DNA from: Cryomorpha ignava | Lineage (GTDB): Bacteria; Bacteroidota; Bacteroidia; Flavobacteriales_F; PHOS-HE28 | Length of the DNA: 64,000 nt | Reading direction: 5' to 3' | NCBI GenBank assembly: GCA_040391235.1 | Contig: JBEBYG010000014.1 | Coordinates: forward strand, 24,020-88,019 | Shown: piece after piece, positions 20,648 to 30,800 of the stretch | How the letters are laid out: the number at the start of each line of letters is the position of its first letter | Position numbering within the stretch: the first letter of the stretch is position 1 | The notes under the pieces: model-generated | Seen by the model: the letters and a program-made list of their open reading frames with translations, nothing else | What the model was told of the DNA's origin: nothing | Databases searched by the model: none | Position numbers and translations under genes: made by a program

Positions 20648-20877
20648 CACGCGGAGGCGCGGAGAAGGCCGATCCTTTTACCGCCAAGGCGCCAAGAGCG
20701 CAAAGGAAGCTTGAACCGCAACGGACGCAACTGTTTCATCCCGATCTTCTGGGGACAGCGCAGGGTACAGAAGTGAAACTAGATGCTTTAATTCTTGGCG
20801 CTCTTGGCGTCTTGGCGGTGAGCCTACTACGAGAAATTCATCGTGAACCCACTTGGCGCTCTTAGCGTCTTGGCAGT
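20648..20877. repeat. Cluster of 8-9-nt periodic elements: one ACCGCCAAG-type copy and two inverted CTTGGCG copies
   Basis: 20680-20705 and 20794-20819 are an inverted pair (2 mismatches in 26); third copy at 20852-20877; CACGCGGAGGCGCGGAG at 20648. Confidence 0.8.
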
Positions 20878-20885
20878 GGATCCCA

Positions 20886-22103
20886 TTACGAGAACTCCAC
20901 CGAGAACCCCGCTTTTTTCAGCTCCTCCCAGAAACCCGGGTAGGATTTGTTCGCCACCCCCGGGTTCAGGATCGTCACTTCATCGCAAACAAGCGCCAGT
21001 GGGGCCAAGGACATGGCCATGCGATGATCGCCCTGCGGATCGAAAGGCGCGGGAAGGAGATTCGTTATCGCGCCATGTAGTTTGAAGGTGCCGTCCTCGT
21101 ATTCGGCGGAACAACCCAGCACGTTCAAGGCTTCAGCGACGGCCTTCAGGCGGTCCGTTTCCTTCAGCGGTAGGTTGTGCAGCCCGGTGAACTCGGCCTT
21201 TCCACCCAAGCCCGCCAAGGCGAAGGCAAGGGGTTGGAACAGGTCGGGAGTGTCCGTCAGGTCGGCGTGGTAGGGGGCAAGCTCACCACCGCTTCTGCCG
21301 CGCAGCATGAGCTTTTCATCCAAGAGGGCGTAGTAGGTATAGGGCATGAAGAGGGAGAGCACGGCCGCATCACCCTGCAAGCTCGAGTAGGACAGGCCCT
21401 TGAGGACCAAGTTGGACCCCGGTGCCAACGCCGCAACTTCGAACCAAAATGCCGACGCGCTCCAGTCCGGAGGAACCTGCATCTCCGTTGCCTGTAACGG
21501 ACCGCTTGCGACATGCAACACCTCGCCGCTATCCAGCGCCTCTGCTCCGAACTTGCGCAGCAGTTCCATGGTCATTCGCACGTACGGCTCGCTGAGCCGC
21601 AGACCGGTCCATTGCAGTTCCAAACCATCGGTGAAGCACGGGGCCACCAGCAGTAAGGCACTGATGAATTGGCTACTTTCCGGTGCGTGGATGCGGATGT
21701 GCCCACCGTGCATTTTTCTTCCCCGCACCCGTAGTCCGTTCGCTTCTTCCGTGATGTCAGCTCCCAGTTCGCGCAGCGCATTCACTAAAGGGGCGTGCGG
21801 CCGTTCGAGCAGTCGCGGATTGCCGGTGATCAGGTGCTCCTTTCCTTCCTGAACACAGGCCCAGGCCAACAGGAAGCGAAAGGTGGTGCCACCATCACCA
21901 CAATGCATTTCCACGGGCCGATCGCGCAGGAGCTCGTTCAGGATGCGGGTATCATCCGATGTGCCGAAGCCTTTCACGCATGGAAGGTCACCGGCGAGGG
22001 CCGCCAGGATCAACGCACGATTGGCCACGCTCTTGCTGGGTGGAAGAGCCACCCTTGCATGGATCGGCCCTTCAGGCCTGCGGATGGTGACGCTGTGCAA
22101 CAT
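20886..22103 (-). CDS. aroA: 3-phosphoshikimate 1-carboxyvinyltransferase
   Basis: PSKSVANRAL, GGTTFRFL, SSQFISALLL, KETDRL and DHRMAMS motifs. Confidence 0.95.
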   Translation of the reverse strand: MLHSVTIRRPEGPIHARVALPPSKSVANRALILAALAGDLPCVKGFGTSDDTRILNELLRDRPVEMHCGDGGTTFRFLLAWACVQEGKEHLITGNPRLLERPHAPLVNALRELGADITEEANGLRVRGRKMHGGHIRIHAPESSQFISALLLVAPCFTDGLELQWTGLRLSEPYVRMTMELLRKFGAEALDSGEVLHVASGPLQATEMQVPPDWSASAFWFEVAALAPGSNLVLKGLSYSSLQGDAAVLSLFMPYTYYALLDEKLMLRGRSGGELAPYHADLTDTPDLFQPLAFALAGLGGKAEFTGLHNLPLKETDRLKAVAEALNVLGCSAEYEDGTFKLHGAITNLLPAPFDPQGDHRMAMSLAPLALVCDEVTILNPGVANKSYPGFWEELKKAGFSVEFS

Positions 22104-23199
22104 CCGGGGTCAGCAGGCGATAATGCTCCAAGGCCTCCGCGACCTGTGCAGCGTTGATCGGCACATCCACGCGGGCGGAGCCGATGCCGGTGAGCAGGGT
22201 GAATCGGAAGCCATCGCCCACGTTCTTCTTGTCGTTGCGCATCAGTTCGATGATGCGGTGGTGATCGGCGGCCTGCAGACTGAACGACGGGTAAAGGCCC
22301 ATGAGGTGCTCCTCCACGGCGTTCATGCGGTCGCGGTCCAGTAGTCCCGTACGCCAACTGAGCCATGTGGCACACACCATGCCGATGGCGATGGCCTCGC
22401 CGTGCAAGAGCGATCGTTGTGTACTCTCCAAGGCAAAGGCCTCCAGCCCGTGGCCAATGGTATGCCCGTAGTTGAGCAGCTTCCGGATGTTCTGTTCTCG
22501 CGGGTCCTCCATCACCACTTCAGCCTTGATGGTGGCCGAGTGCATGATCAACGGAGCAAGCGCTTCCAGATCGTGCAGGGGCGCGCGCCGCACTTGGTTC
22601 CAGTGCTCGGCATCGCGGACCAGGCCGTGCTTCACCATTTCAGCAACGCCGTTCAGCACTTCGCGTTTGCCCAGTGTGCGGAGGAAGGGGGGATGGATGT
22701 AGGTGGCCACTGGATCGGCAAAGACGCCCACGAGGTTCTTGATCCCATTGAGGTCGATGGAGGTCTTCCCGCCGATGGAGGCATCCACCATGCCCATCAC
22801 CGTGGTGGGGATGTTGATGAAGCGGATGCCGCGCTTGAAGGTGGCCGCCACGAAACCACCGAGGTCGGTGATCACACCGCCGCCGAGGTTCACCAGTATC
22901 GCTTGCCGGTCGGCCATGCTTTCCGCGAGGTGCACCCAGAGCGCCCGGCAGATCTCGATGTCCTTGCTGTGTTCGCCACTGCGCACCAACATGGTTTTCG
23001 CTTCGCGCAAGCGGGACACTTTGGCAAATAGCTCCGGCAAGCACTGCTCCATGGTGTTCTCGTCGCCCAGCACAAAGACCTGTGTACCGCCTGCGTGTTC
23101 GGCGAGCCACAGTTCCAAATGTGCCAAGGCATGCTCGCCCATCAGCACGGGGTGGCTGCCTGCAAACATTTGTTGGGCCTGAGAGGGATCGAATGCCAT
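22072..23199 (-). CDS. aroB: 3-dehydroquinate synthase
   Basis: LGGGVITDLGGF, IPTT..MVDASIGGK, LNYGHTIGH..E and LLHGEAIAIG motifs; ATG at 23199 (MAFD). Confidence 0.95.
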   Translation of the reverse strand: MAFDPSQAQQMFAGSHPVLMGEHALAHLELWLAEHAGGTQVFVLGDENTMEQCLPELFAKVSRLREAKTMLVRSGEHSKDIEICRALWVHLAESMADRQAILVNLGGGVITDLGGFVAATFKRGIRFINIPTTVMGMVDASIGGKTSIDLNGIKNLVGVFADPVATYIHPPFLRTLGKREVLNGVAEMVKHGLVRDAEHWNQVRRAPLHDLEALAPLIMHSATIKAEVVMEDPREQNIRKLLNYGHTIGHGLEAFALESTQRSLLHGEAIAIGMVCATWLSWRTGLLDRDRMNAVEEHLMGLYPSFSLQAADHHRIIELMRNDKKNVGDGFRFTLLTGIGSARVDVPINAAQVAEALEHYRLLTPDVAQRHHPQA

Positions 23200-23202
23200 G
23201 GC

Positions 23203-23210
23203 TACTTTTG
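23203..23210 (+). promoter_or_regulatory. Bacteroidota -7 promoter element (TAnnTTTG)
   Basis: TACTTTTG is an exact consensus match, upstream of the proline dehydrogenase gene. Confidence 0.5.
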
Positions 23211-23284
23211 GCGACCTTTCCGCCGACCGGTGATCACCGGAGGAAAGGCGCCCAAAGGAACGAACTACAAGCACGCGGCGCCAC

Positions 23285-24493
23285 ATGCACCAACAGGAGG
23301 CTTCTCCTCGACCAGGGATCAACCAGTTGCCCGATATGGGCGATACCCGTACAGCCTTCGCCCACAAGAGCGACAGGGACCTACTTCAAGCCTATTGGCT
23401 CTTCCGGATAATCGGCACACCGTGGCTCACTTCCGTGGGCAGTGTGCTCACCAAGGCGGCGCTGGCGTTGCACCTTCCGGTAAAGGGCGTGGTGAAGGCC
23501 ACCATCTTCAAGCAATTCTGTGGTGGGGAAAACATTCAGGAGTCGCTGGTGACCGCGGAACGTTTGGCCCTAAAGGGTGTAGGCACCATTCTGGATTACA
23601 GTGTGGAAGGAGAGGATGACCAAGAGGCCATGGAAGGAACGGCGGCCGAGATCCTACGCACCATCGCTGCGGCCAAGGACAATCCCCACATTCCGTTCTC
23701 GGTGTTCAAGCCTTCCGGGGTTATCCGCACGGATGTGGCCACCAAGGTCTCCGCTGGAGAGAAGCTTTCCACCGAAGATGCCGCTGCATGGGAGCGTGGC
23801 CTCAAGCGTGTGGAGCGTATCTGCGAGGCTGCCTATAAGGCCGATGTGCCGGTGCTGGTGGATGCTGAAGAAAGCTGGTATCAGGATGCGCTGGATGTAT
23901 TGGTCACGCAGATGATGCAGCGTTTCAATGGCAAGCGCGCCATCGTATTCAACACCGTGCAATTATACCGGCACGACCGGCTGGCTTTTCTGCGGAAGGA
24001 AGGCGAAGCAGCAAAGGCCCAAGGGTATCACATGGGCATGAAGCTGGTGCGCGGAGCCTACATGGAGAAGGAGCGGGAACGCGCGCAGGAGAAGGGCTAT
24101 CCCGATCCGATCGGAGCGACCAAAGCGGCGGTGGATGCCGACTTCGATGCGGCGATCCGCTATTGCATCCAGAACATCGATCACGTGGAGGTGCTGGTGG
24201 GCACCCACAACGAAACCAGCAACCTGCTGATGGCAGAGCTGATGGCAGAAGCCGGCTTGGCGAAGAACGACCCCCGGATCCACTCGGGACAATTGCTGGG
24301 CATGAGCGACAACATCAGCTTCAACATGGCGGATGCCGGCTACAACGTGGTGAAATACGTGCCCTACGGACCCGTGCGAAAGGTGCTGCCTTACCTCATC
24401 CGCCGGGCGGAAGAGAACACCAGCACCAAGGGCCAGACCGGCCGGGAGCTATCGCTCATCCTCGCCGAAAGGAAGCGGAGGGCCAAGGCCTAA
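23285..24493 (+). CDS. Monofunctional proline dehydrogenase
   Basis: FKQFCGGE, VLVDAEESWYQ, FNTVQLYR, KLVRGAYMEKE, GQLLGMSD and PYL.RRAEENTS motifs; alternative start at 23336. Confidence 0.93.
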   Translation: MHQQEASPRPGINQLPDMGDTRTAFAHKSDRDLLQAYWLFRIIGTPWLTSVGSVLTKAALALHLPVKGVVKATIFKQFCGGENIQESLVTAERLALKGVGTILDYSVEGEDDQEAMEGTAAEILRTIAAAKDNPHIPFSVFKPSGVIRTDVATKVSAGEKLSTEDAAAWERGLKRVERICEAAYKADVPVLVDAEESWYQDALDVLVTQMMQRFNGKRAIVFNTVQLYRHDRLAFLRKEGEAAKAQGYHMGMKLVRGAYMEKERERAQEKGYPDPIGATKAAVDADFDAAIRYCIQNIDHVEVLVGTHNETSNLLMAELMAEAGLAKNDPRIHSGQLLGMSDNISFNMADAGYNVVKYVPYGPVRKVLPYLIRRAEENTSTKGQTGRELSLILAERKRRAKA

Positions 24494-24522
24494 ACCTCAG
24501 CCCTCCCGCCTTCAGATCCAAT

Positions 24523-25743
24523 TTATCGGGCAATTACCAGCCGGGCCGTCCGGATGGTGCTTCCTTCCGTCCGCACCAAGTAGAGGCCGTTGGAAAGTGC
24601 CGCAATACCAAGGTGGTTCTGCCCTGCGGATAGACGCTGCTCCAGGACCACGCGGCCTTGTCCGTCCAAGATCTGCAGTGTGGCTGTTTCCCGCATTTCC
24701 AATTTGATCACATCAGTGGCCGGTACAGGGTAGAGCAACAGCTCGTCCGAAGAGGGCAGGTGCTCACTCACCGAAACGGTGGCTCCATTGCAATTCACTT
24801 CCTCGTGGCAGACAACGCTGGCAAGGAACTGCACCACGAAGTTGATGGAGTTCACCGGGTCATAGTTCAAATAGCCTACATGCCCATTGCCGGGGTATTC
24901 AAGATAGCAGCTGGGTACGCCCACGTTCTGCATGCGGATGTTCACATCATGGTCGCCGGAAACGATGATCCCCGTGGGAATGCCAAGGGCATAGGCCTGT
25001 TCGGTATAGCATGGCACTACGCCATCACCGGTTTCATGGATGCCACAGTAGGGTTGATCGCCGGGGTGCACCCAGGTGGTGTCCATCAAGGCGCCGCTCA
25101 TGCTGAAGCAGGCCATTACATCGCTGGAGTATCCCAAGGGGCCGCTGTTGCCCTCCATGCCACCCCATACAGCACTGTCCGCCACCAAGGGAGCCGGTAG
25201 TTCGGAAGGTTCGTTCATGTAGGTAAGTTGAAGTGCGCCGATGGCACCGGCGCTCACGCCGCCCACGATGATCCGGTCCGGGTCGATGGCGTAAGGGTTG
25301 CCATCCATGGCCACCGTCTTGCGTAGGTAGCGGATGGCGCCTCGCATGTCGTGCACGCAGCGTTGTACGGCATGCATCGTTGTGTTGGTGTTGGGCAGGA
25401 AGAAGCCCACGCGATAGTCAACGGCCACGGCCACGTATCCTAAGCGAGCGAGCTGCCCGCATATGCCGGCCATGTCTGCACGTGATCCAGTGATGAAGGA
25501 TCCGCCGAAGGCCACCAACACCACAGGGCGTTCCGAGAGCGTGTCGTTGGCAGGGGCATAGATGTCCATCTTCAGCGTTTGCGGGGAACCGGTCACACCA
25601 ATATTGGAACCGAATACCACGCCCGGAATACTATCGATCGTAGGAAAGTAGCCATAGGTGGAGTAGCGTCCGGTGCCGCACTCTTGTGCGGAAAGAAGGA
25701 CCGGGAGCAGCAATGCTGCGAAGGGGAGTAATGTGTGTCTCAT
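24523..25743 (-). CDS. Alpha/beta-hydrolase (carboxylesterase-like) with T9SS type A CTD
   Basis: FGGSF oxyanion loop, GGVSAG nucleophile elbow, candidate Asp (GDGVVP) and His (GHVG); CTD LYPVPA..GLYLV. Confidence 0.88.
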   Translation of the reverse strand: MRHTLLPFAALLLPVLLSAQECGTGRYSTYGYFPTIDSIPGVVFGSNIGVTGSPQTLKMDIYAPANDTLSERPVVLVAFGGSFITGSRADMAGICGQLARLGYVAVAVDYRVGFFLPNTNTTMHAVQRCVHDMRGAIRYLRKTVAMDGNPYAIDPDRIIVGGVSAGAIGALQLTYMNEPSELPAPLVADSAVWGGMEGNSGPLGYSSDVMACFSMSGALMDTTWVHPGDQPYCGIHETGDGVVPCYTEQAYALGIPTGIIVSGDHDVNIRMQNVGVPSCYLEYPGNGHVGYLNYDPVNSINFVVQFLASVVCHEEVNCNGATVSVSEHLPSSDELLLYPVPATDVIKLEMRETATLQILDGQGRVVLEQRLSAGQNHLGIAALSNGLYLVRTEGSTIRTARLVIAR

Positions 25744-25968
25744 GGGTTGGCTTGGGGGAGGCAAAGTAGTCTGTCTGGACCAAGAAATGTTGACAGAAAT
25801 GGAAGCCCTTATCCGACGCAGCCTTCCGGAGCGTCCCTAGCCCCTCCGCTCGGCTACGGTGAATACCTGATTTGCCTACGGGACGTGCCGTAAAGTGAGA
25901 ACGGACGCGCCTTGGATCGCGTTGGAAGGATCAAGTTTGCGCCATCGCTCAACGATCAAAAAAAACAC

Positions 25969-26670
25969 ATGAAAAAGAATCTCTTAGCTGTCGCCGTAGT
26001 ACTTGCCGCTATGGCAGTGTCCACTGAGACCAACGCACAATTCCGTCCCGAGGGCGGCGAGAAGAACCTGGAACTGATGGTCGCCCCCTTGGGAGGCAGC
26101 CCGGTCACCATGGCCGGTATCAAGTACCGCAGTTTCAGCTCGGCAACCTCTGCCATGCGCTTGGGCGTGTTCTTGGGTTTCGATAACAAGACCACCATAC
26201 TCCAGGATGCCGATAGCAAGACCGATATGCTCGAGCTGAAAAAGAAGGAGTCCAGCATCACCATTGCCGTGCAGCCGGGCATTGAGAAGCACATGGCGGG
26301 AACGGAGCGCCTTTCACCCTACTTCGGTGGCTACTTGGACCTCAGCTTCACCACAAAGAACAAGAAGGAGGATACCCAGCTGACCACCACCAAGATGGGT
26401 TACAACCAAGAGAAGAGCGGTAGCCTCGGTGTAGGTCTGAACGCCGTTGCAGGCTTCGATTACTACATCGCCAAGTCGATCTATCTCGGCACGGAACTGG
26501 GCTTCGGTCTGGCCACCACCATGCCCATGAAGAAGAAGGTCGAGAGCGTAAGCTTGGATATCGATGGCAATGAGGTGACCACCAGCGGTGACTCGAAGAA
26601 GGACAACGTGAGCAAGTTCCAAGTAGGCCCCAATGTGGTGGGTCAACTGCGTTTGGGCTGGTTGTTCTAA
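25969..26670 (+). CDS. Small outer-membrane beta-barrel protein
   Basis: Signal peptide MKKNLL..NAQ, amphipathic strands, and C-terminal LRLGWLF. Confidence 0.85.
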   Translation: MKKNLLAVAVVLAAMAVSTETNAQFRPEGGEKNLELMVAPLGGSPVTMAGIKYRSFSSATSAMRLGVFLGFDNKTTILQDADSKTDMLELKKKESSITIAVQPGIEKHMAGTERLSPYFGGYLDLSFTTKNKKEDTQLTTTKMGYNQEKSGSLGVGLNAVAGFDYYIAKSIYLGTELGFGLATTMPMKKKVESVSLDIDGNEVTTSGDSKKDNVSKFQVGPNVVGQLRLGWLF

Positions 26671-26704
26671 GCGATCCCTCCTCCGAGGATAAAGAACAAA
26701 GGCA

Positions 26705-27595
26705 ATGAACCGAGAACCAAACGTTTTCCGGAAGCTATTGAGGGTTGCCATGCCGCTCGCATTGGTGGCCTTGGTGAACACTTCCTGTAACAAGGAGCCG
26801 GTCACCATGCCGAACCCGGCTTCCAGCACCTCGATCACGGATACAAAACTGAAGCAGCAGATCTGGGATATGGGCCAGAAGCTGCCTTCGGTCGGGATCT
26901 ATAACCGGACCATGAATGAGATCCTCGTGTTCCGGTCCGCGAAGGACGGCTCACGCAGCTTTTCCTTCACAACCGTACCTGCCGACGGCATCAACTTCGC
27001 CAGCAGCAATGGCGGCCAGTGGGTGTGGACCGAGGACGGAGGAATGGTGGTACTGACCGAACCCCAAGCCGGGCTGGGTGCAGGCGGTGGATTGGTGTCA
27101 GCTGGAAATACCACGCTGGACATCAACATCGCTGTTTGCTTCTCCCTTGGGGAGGATGCCCTTGGTGGCGGGCTCTTCGGACCGGACATGGGTGACGTGG
27201 CGGGTGTGATCGGTATCTCCGGCGACTTCGACGCGTTGCAGAACGGGAATTTCGCTGACGGCGATGATCCGTTCCAGTATTTCCACGGCTTCGCATACTA
27301 CTTCGTCTATGCGGACCAGCTCAGCGATACCACCTACGAGGTGATGAACTGGGTGGAGGACCTCGATCAGCCGGAGGAGGATCTGGAGAATTTCAGTTTC
27401 GCGTTCATCATCAGTTTCCAGAATGATGGCGGGATCTATCTCTCCAAGGATGGCGGCATTACCGTGAACGGAGGCACCATGGAATTCAACGGCCAGTATT
27501 ATGCTGTTGAAGGCGTGGGCTTCTTCGACGGCGGCGATGATGAAGATGCATCCTATTCCGTGGTGAGCGGTTATGGTGCAATGGGTTGTCAATGA
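26705..27595 (+). CDS. Acidic lipoprotein, unknown function
   Basis: Lipobox VNTSC; Asp/Glu-rich C-terminal half. Confidence 0.75.
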   Translation: MNREPNVFRKLLRVAMPLALVALVNTSCNKEPVTMPNPASSTSITDTKLKQQIWDMGQKLPSVGIYNRTMNEILVFRSAKDGSRSFSFTTVPADGINFASSNGGQWVWTEDGGMVVLTEPQAGLGAGGGLVSAGNTTLDINIAVCFSLGEDALGGGLFGPDMGDVAGVIGISGDFDALQNGNFADGDDPFQYFHGFAYYFVYADQLSDTTYEVMNWVEDLDQPEEDLENFSFAFIISFQNDGGIYLSKDGGITVNGGTMEFNGQYYAVEGVGFFDGGDDEDASYSVVSGYGAMGCQ

Positions 27596-27617
27596 CCCGT
27601 GGAATATGCTGAATGAT

Positions 27618-27647
27618 AAAAGGCCGCCACCTATGTGGCGGCCTTTT
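27618..27647 (+). terminator. Intrinsic terminator
   Basis: AAAAGGCCGCCAC-ctat-GTGGCGGCCTTTT perfect stem, with further T runs downstream. Confidence 0.85.
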
Positions 27648-27836
27648 CCCTTTTTCCAATGATGAGATCTGTTCTTACTTCAACTGGTTTCAACCGATGA
27701 TCCAGGCTGATACCCATCGCTTAAACAGGGGTGGATCGCGGAGCTATCCACATTGTTCCGTGTTGATCTATGCGCGGTCGTTCATTTGGCCATCTGGTCG
27801 ATCGTCTATTTTGGCGCTGTTGATCATCGCTTGTTG

Positions 27837-30800
27837 ATGCGCTATAGCCGCGCTATACTTTCCCTTGCACTCTCATTTTTGCTTGCCCTCTTGGGCGGAA
27901 GCGCCGCTGCGCAGGTGGTTGCACATGCGGGACCGGATGCGACCATTTGTGGAGGAGGTCCTGTGACGTTGGGTGCTACCGCAGCGGCCACCGGGGGGCA
28001 AGGGCCCTATCAGTATAGCTGGTATCCGACCACGGGATTGAACGACCCATCGCTCGCGCATCCGATCTGCACCACAACGAGCACGCAGACCTACACGCTC
28101 ACGGTGATGGATGCCAACAACTTGACGGCCACGGACGCCGTGACGGTGACGGTCCTGCCCACAGCGAACGCTGCGATCACTTCCTCAGTGCCCTTTACGG
28201 TCTTCAATGGCATCTCCACATTCTATAAATGCTCTTCACAGGCGAATTCACTTTTCAACTTCAGTTTTGACGGCACAGCAGCGACGGGTTCGACGCACAC
28301 GATCAATTGGGGCGACGGCACACCGAATTTCTCGGCTACTGGTAGCTCGTGGCCAACGGAGGGCCATTCCTATGGCCAAGGGATATACACCCTGACCTAT
28401 TCGATCGTCCAACCCAATGGATGCAATGCTTCGAGAACCTACTCCGTGTTCTTGGGAAGCACACCTGCGATCGGGATCGGCTCACCGGGGAACACCAGCG
28501 GATGCGGCCCCTTCTCCATCACGTTTCCCATAACCGGAACGAGCAACAACACCTCCGGAACGATCTATACCGTCACGTTCAATGATGGCTCGGCTCCCCA
28601 AACGTTCAACCATCCGCCGCCAGCCTCGGTGACCCACTTGTTCGCGACGAGCTCCTGTGGAACGACCAGCAGTGACGGTGTCACTTCCTTCCCTAATTCG
28701 TTCCAGGCGAACCTCACGGCGCAAAACCCCTGCGGTATTTCCGCAAGCGCTGTGGTCCCCATCGTGGTCAGCACAACGCCTGTGACCGATTTTACCATAT
28801 CGCCGAATGACACGGTCTGCACCAATTCCAACATCACCTTCACCAGTACCAGCACCGGCATCGAGATCCAAGGAAATTCGTGCAGCAATTCACCTGCCTT
28901 GCTTTGGGATATCCAGCCAGCCACGGGCTGGTCGATAAGCTCCGGAACCTTAGGGAACAGCAATGGATATATCGGCACTGCCTGGGATCCCAGTTCATGG
29001 ATCCCAGGCAGTACTTCGATGGGCCTCACCTTCAGTACGCCGGGTGCCTATTCCATTCGACTTCGCAGCGGGAACGGGTGCGGAGGAGACACGCTCACCC
29101 GCATCATCTGTGTGGAAGCCCCGCCGGAACCCGCCTTCCTCTTATCGCCCACCACCGGTTGCTCTCCGCTGGTGAGCACCACGGTGAACAACAGCACCAG
29201 CCCCAACAGTTGCTCCACACGCTACAACTGGTTGGCCAACGCAGGCACCGCAGCCTGTGGCGGTAGCACGGCGGTCATCTTCAGCGGTGGTACCAGTGCC
29301 ACCAGCAATCAGCCGCAGTTCACCTTCACCGGTGCAGGCAGCTATACCGTTTCCTTGCGGGCCATCAACTCCTGCGGCACCTTTCCCGTGGATCAAGTGG
29401 TAACCGTGGGTGCACCACCGCAGGTGTCGGTGAACGCCGTCAATGGCATATGCGAAGGGCAGAGCGTAACGCCATCGGCCACGTTCACAGCTTGTGGTTC
29501 TCCCATCACAGGCTACTCGTGGGCACTGCCCGGAGGGAACCCTTCAAGCGCGAATACGCAGAATCTCGGTGGCATTATTTATTCGGCATCGGGGAACTTC
29601 AACATAACGGCAACGGCGAACAGCGCATGCGGCAATACCACGGCGAGCACCCCCTTATCGGTTACGTCTTTGCCGGCGGCTCCTGTTGTAGGAGGGCCGA
29701 TCACCCTTTGCGTAGGTGAAACATTGAACTTGACGGCCACGGCGGTGCCCGGCATCACCTTCACCTGGATCGGCCCCGGCGGCTTCACTTCCACGTCGAC
29801 CAACCCGAGCATTCCGAACGTCACCTTGGCCAACCAAGGAGTCTACTCGGTCACAGCCTCTGCAGGTGGATGCAGCGGGCCTTCCAGCACGGTTACAGTA
29901 ACCGTGAACCCGGCTCCGGTGGTGAGCATCTCGCCCACGGTGCCCACGGTCTGCGCAGGGAATGCCGTGACCCTTACCGCCAGCGGCGGAACCAATTACC
30001 AATGGATCGCAGGAGGTGTGACCATCGGCAGTGGTTCTCCATTCACCTTCACGCCTACGGCTACAACTACGGTTGTGCTACATGGCGATGCCGGTGGGTG
30101 CACAGGAGCTTCCAGTACGCTGGTCACCGTGTATCCACTGCCGGTGGTGGACGCTGGGCCGGATCGGGTCTTCTGTGAAAGCAACCTGCCACAAATGCTC
30201 TTCCCCGATACGTATCCGGGAACGTGGAGCGGTGACCCGAACGTTACTGTGAATGGCTATTTCACACCCACCGCGCAAGGGACCTTCCAGCTGACCTACA
30301 CCGTGATCAGCCCTCAAGGCTGTTCGAATACGGATGTCATACAGGTGACCGTTAACCCACCGTCCACGCCAGCCAATGCAGGCCCCGATACGCTCCTCTG
30401 CCAGAACGCCGGGGCGATCCAGCTTGTGGGCACTCCAGCCGGCGGCACGTGGTCCGGCGATATTTCCATCAGTGGCCTATTCAACCCGGTGATTTCCGGA
30501 ACGTTCACGGTGTCCTATTTCGTGGGCACAGGAAGTTGCTCATCAACGGACCAAGCCGTAGTGACAGTGGTTCCCGCGCCGGTCGTGAACCCCGGGCAGG
30601 ATCAACAGGTCTGCATTGACGCAGCGGCCTTCACCTTGAGTGCCACACCCCTTGGCGGTAGTTGGTCCGGCGCTGGCATCAGCGGGAACCAGTTCGATCC
30701 GCAAGCAGCAGGGGCGGGCCAGCATGCGGTGAGCTACACCTATGCCGACCCGAACGGATGCTCCACCACGGGGATCCGCACCATCACGGTAAACCCATTG

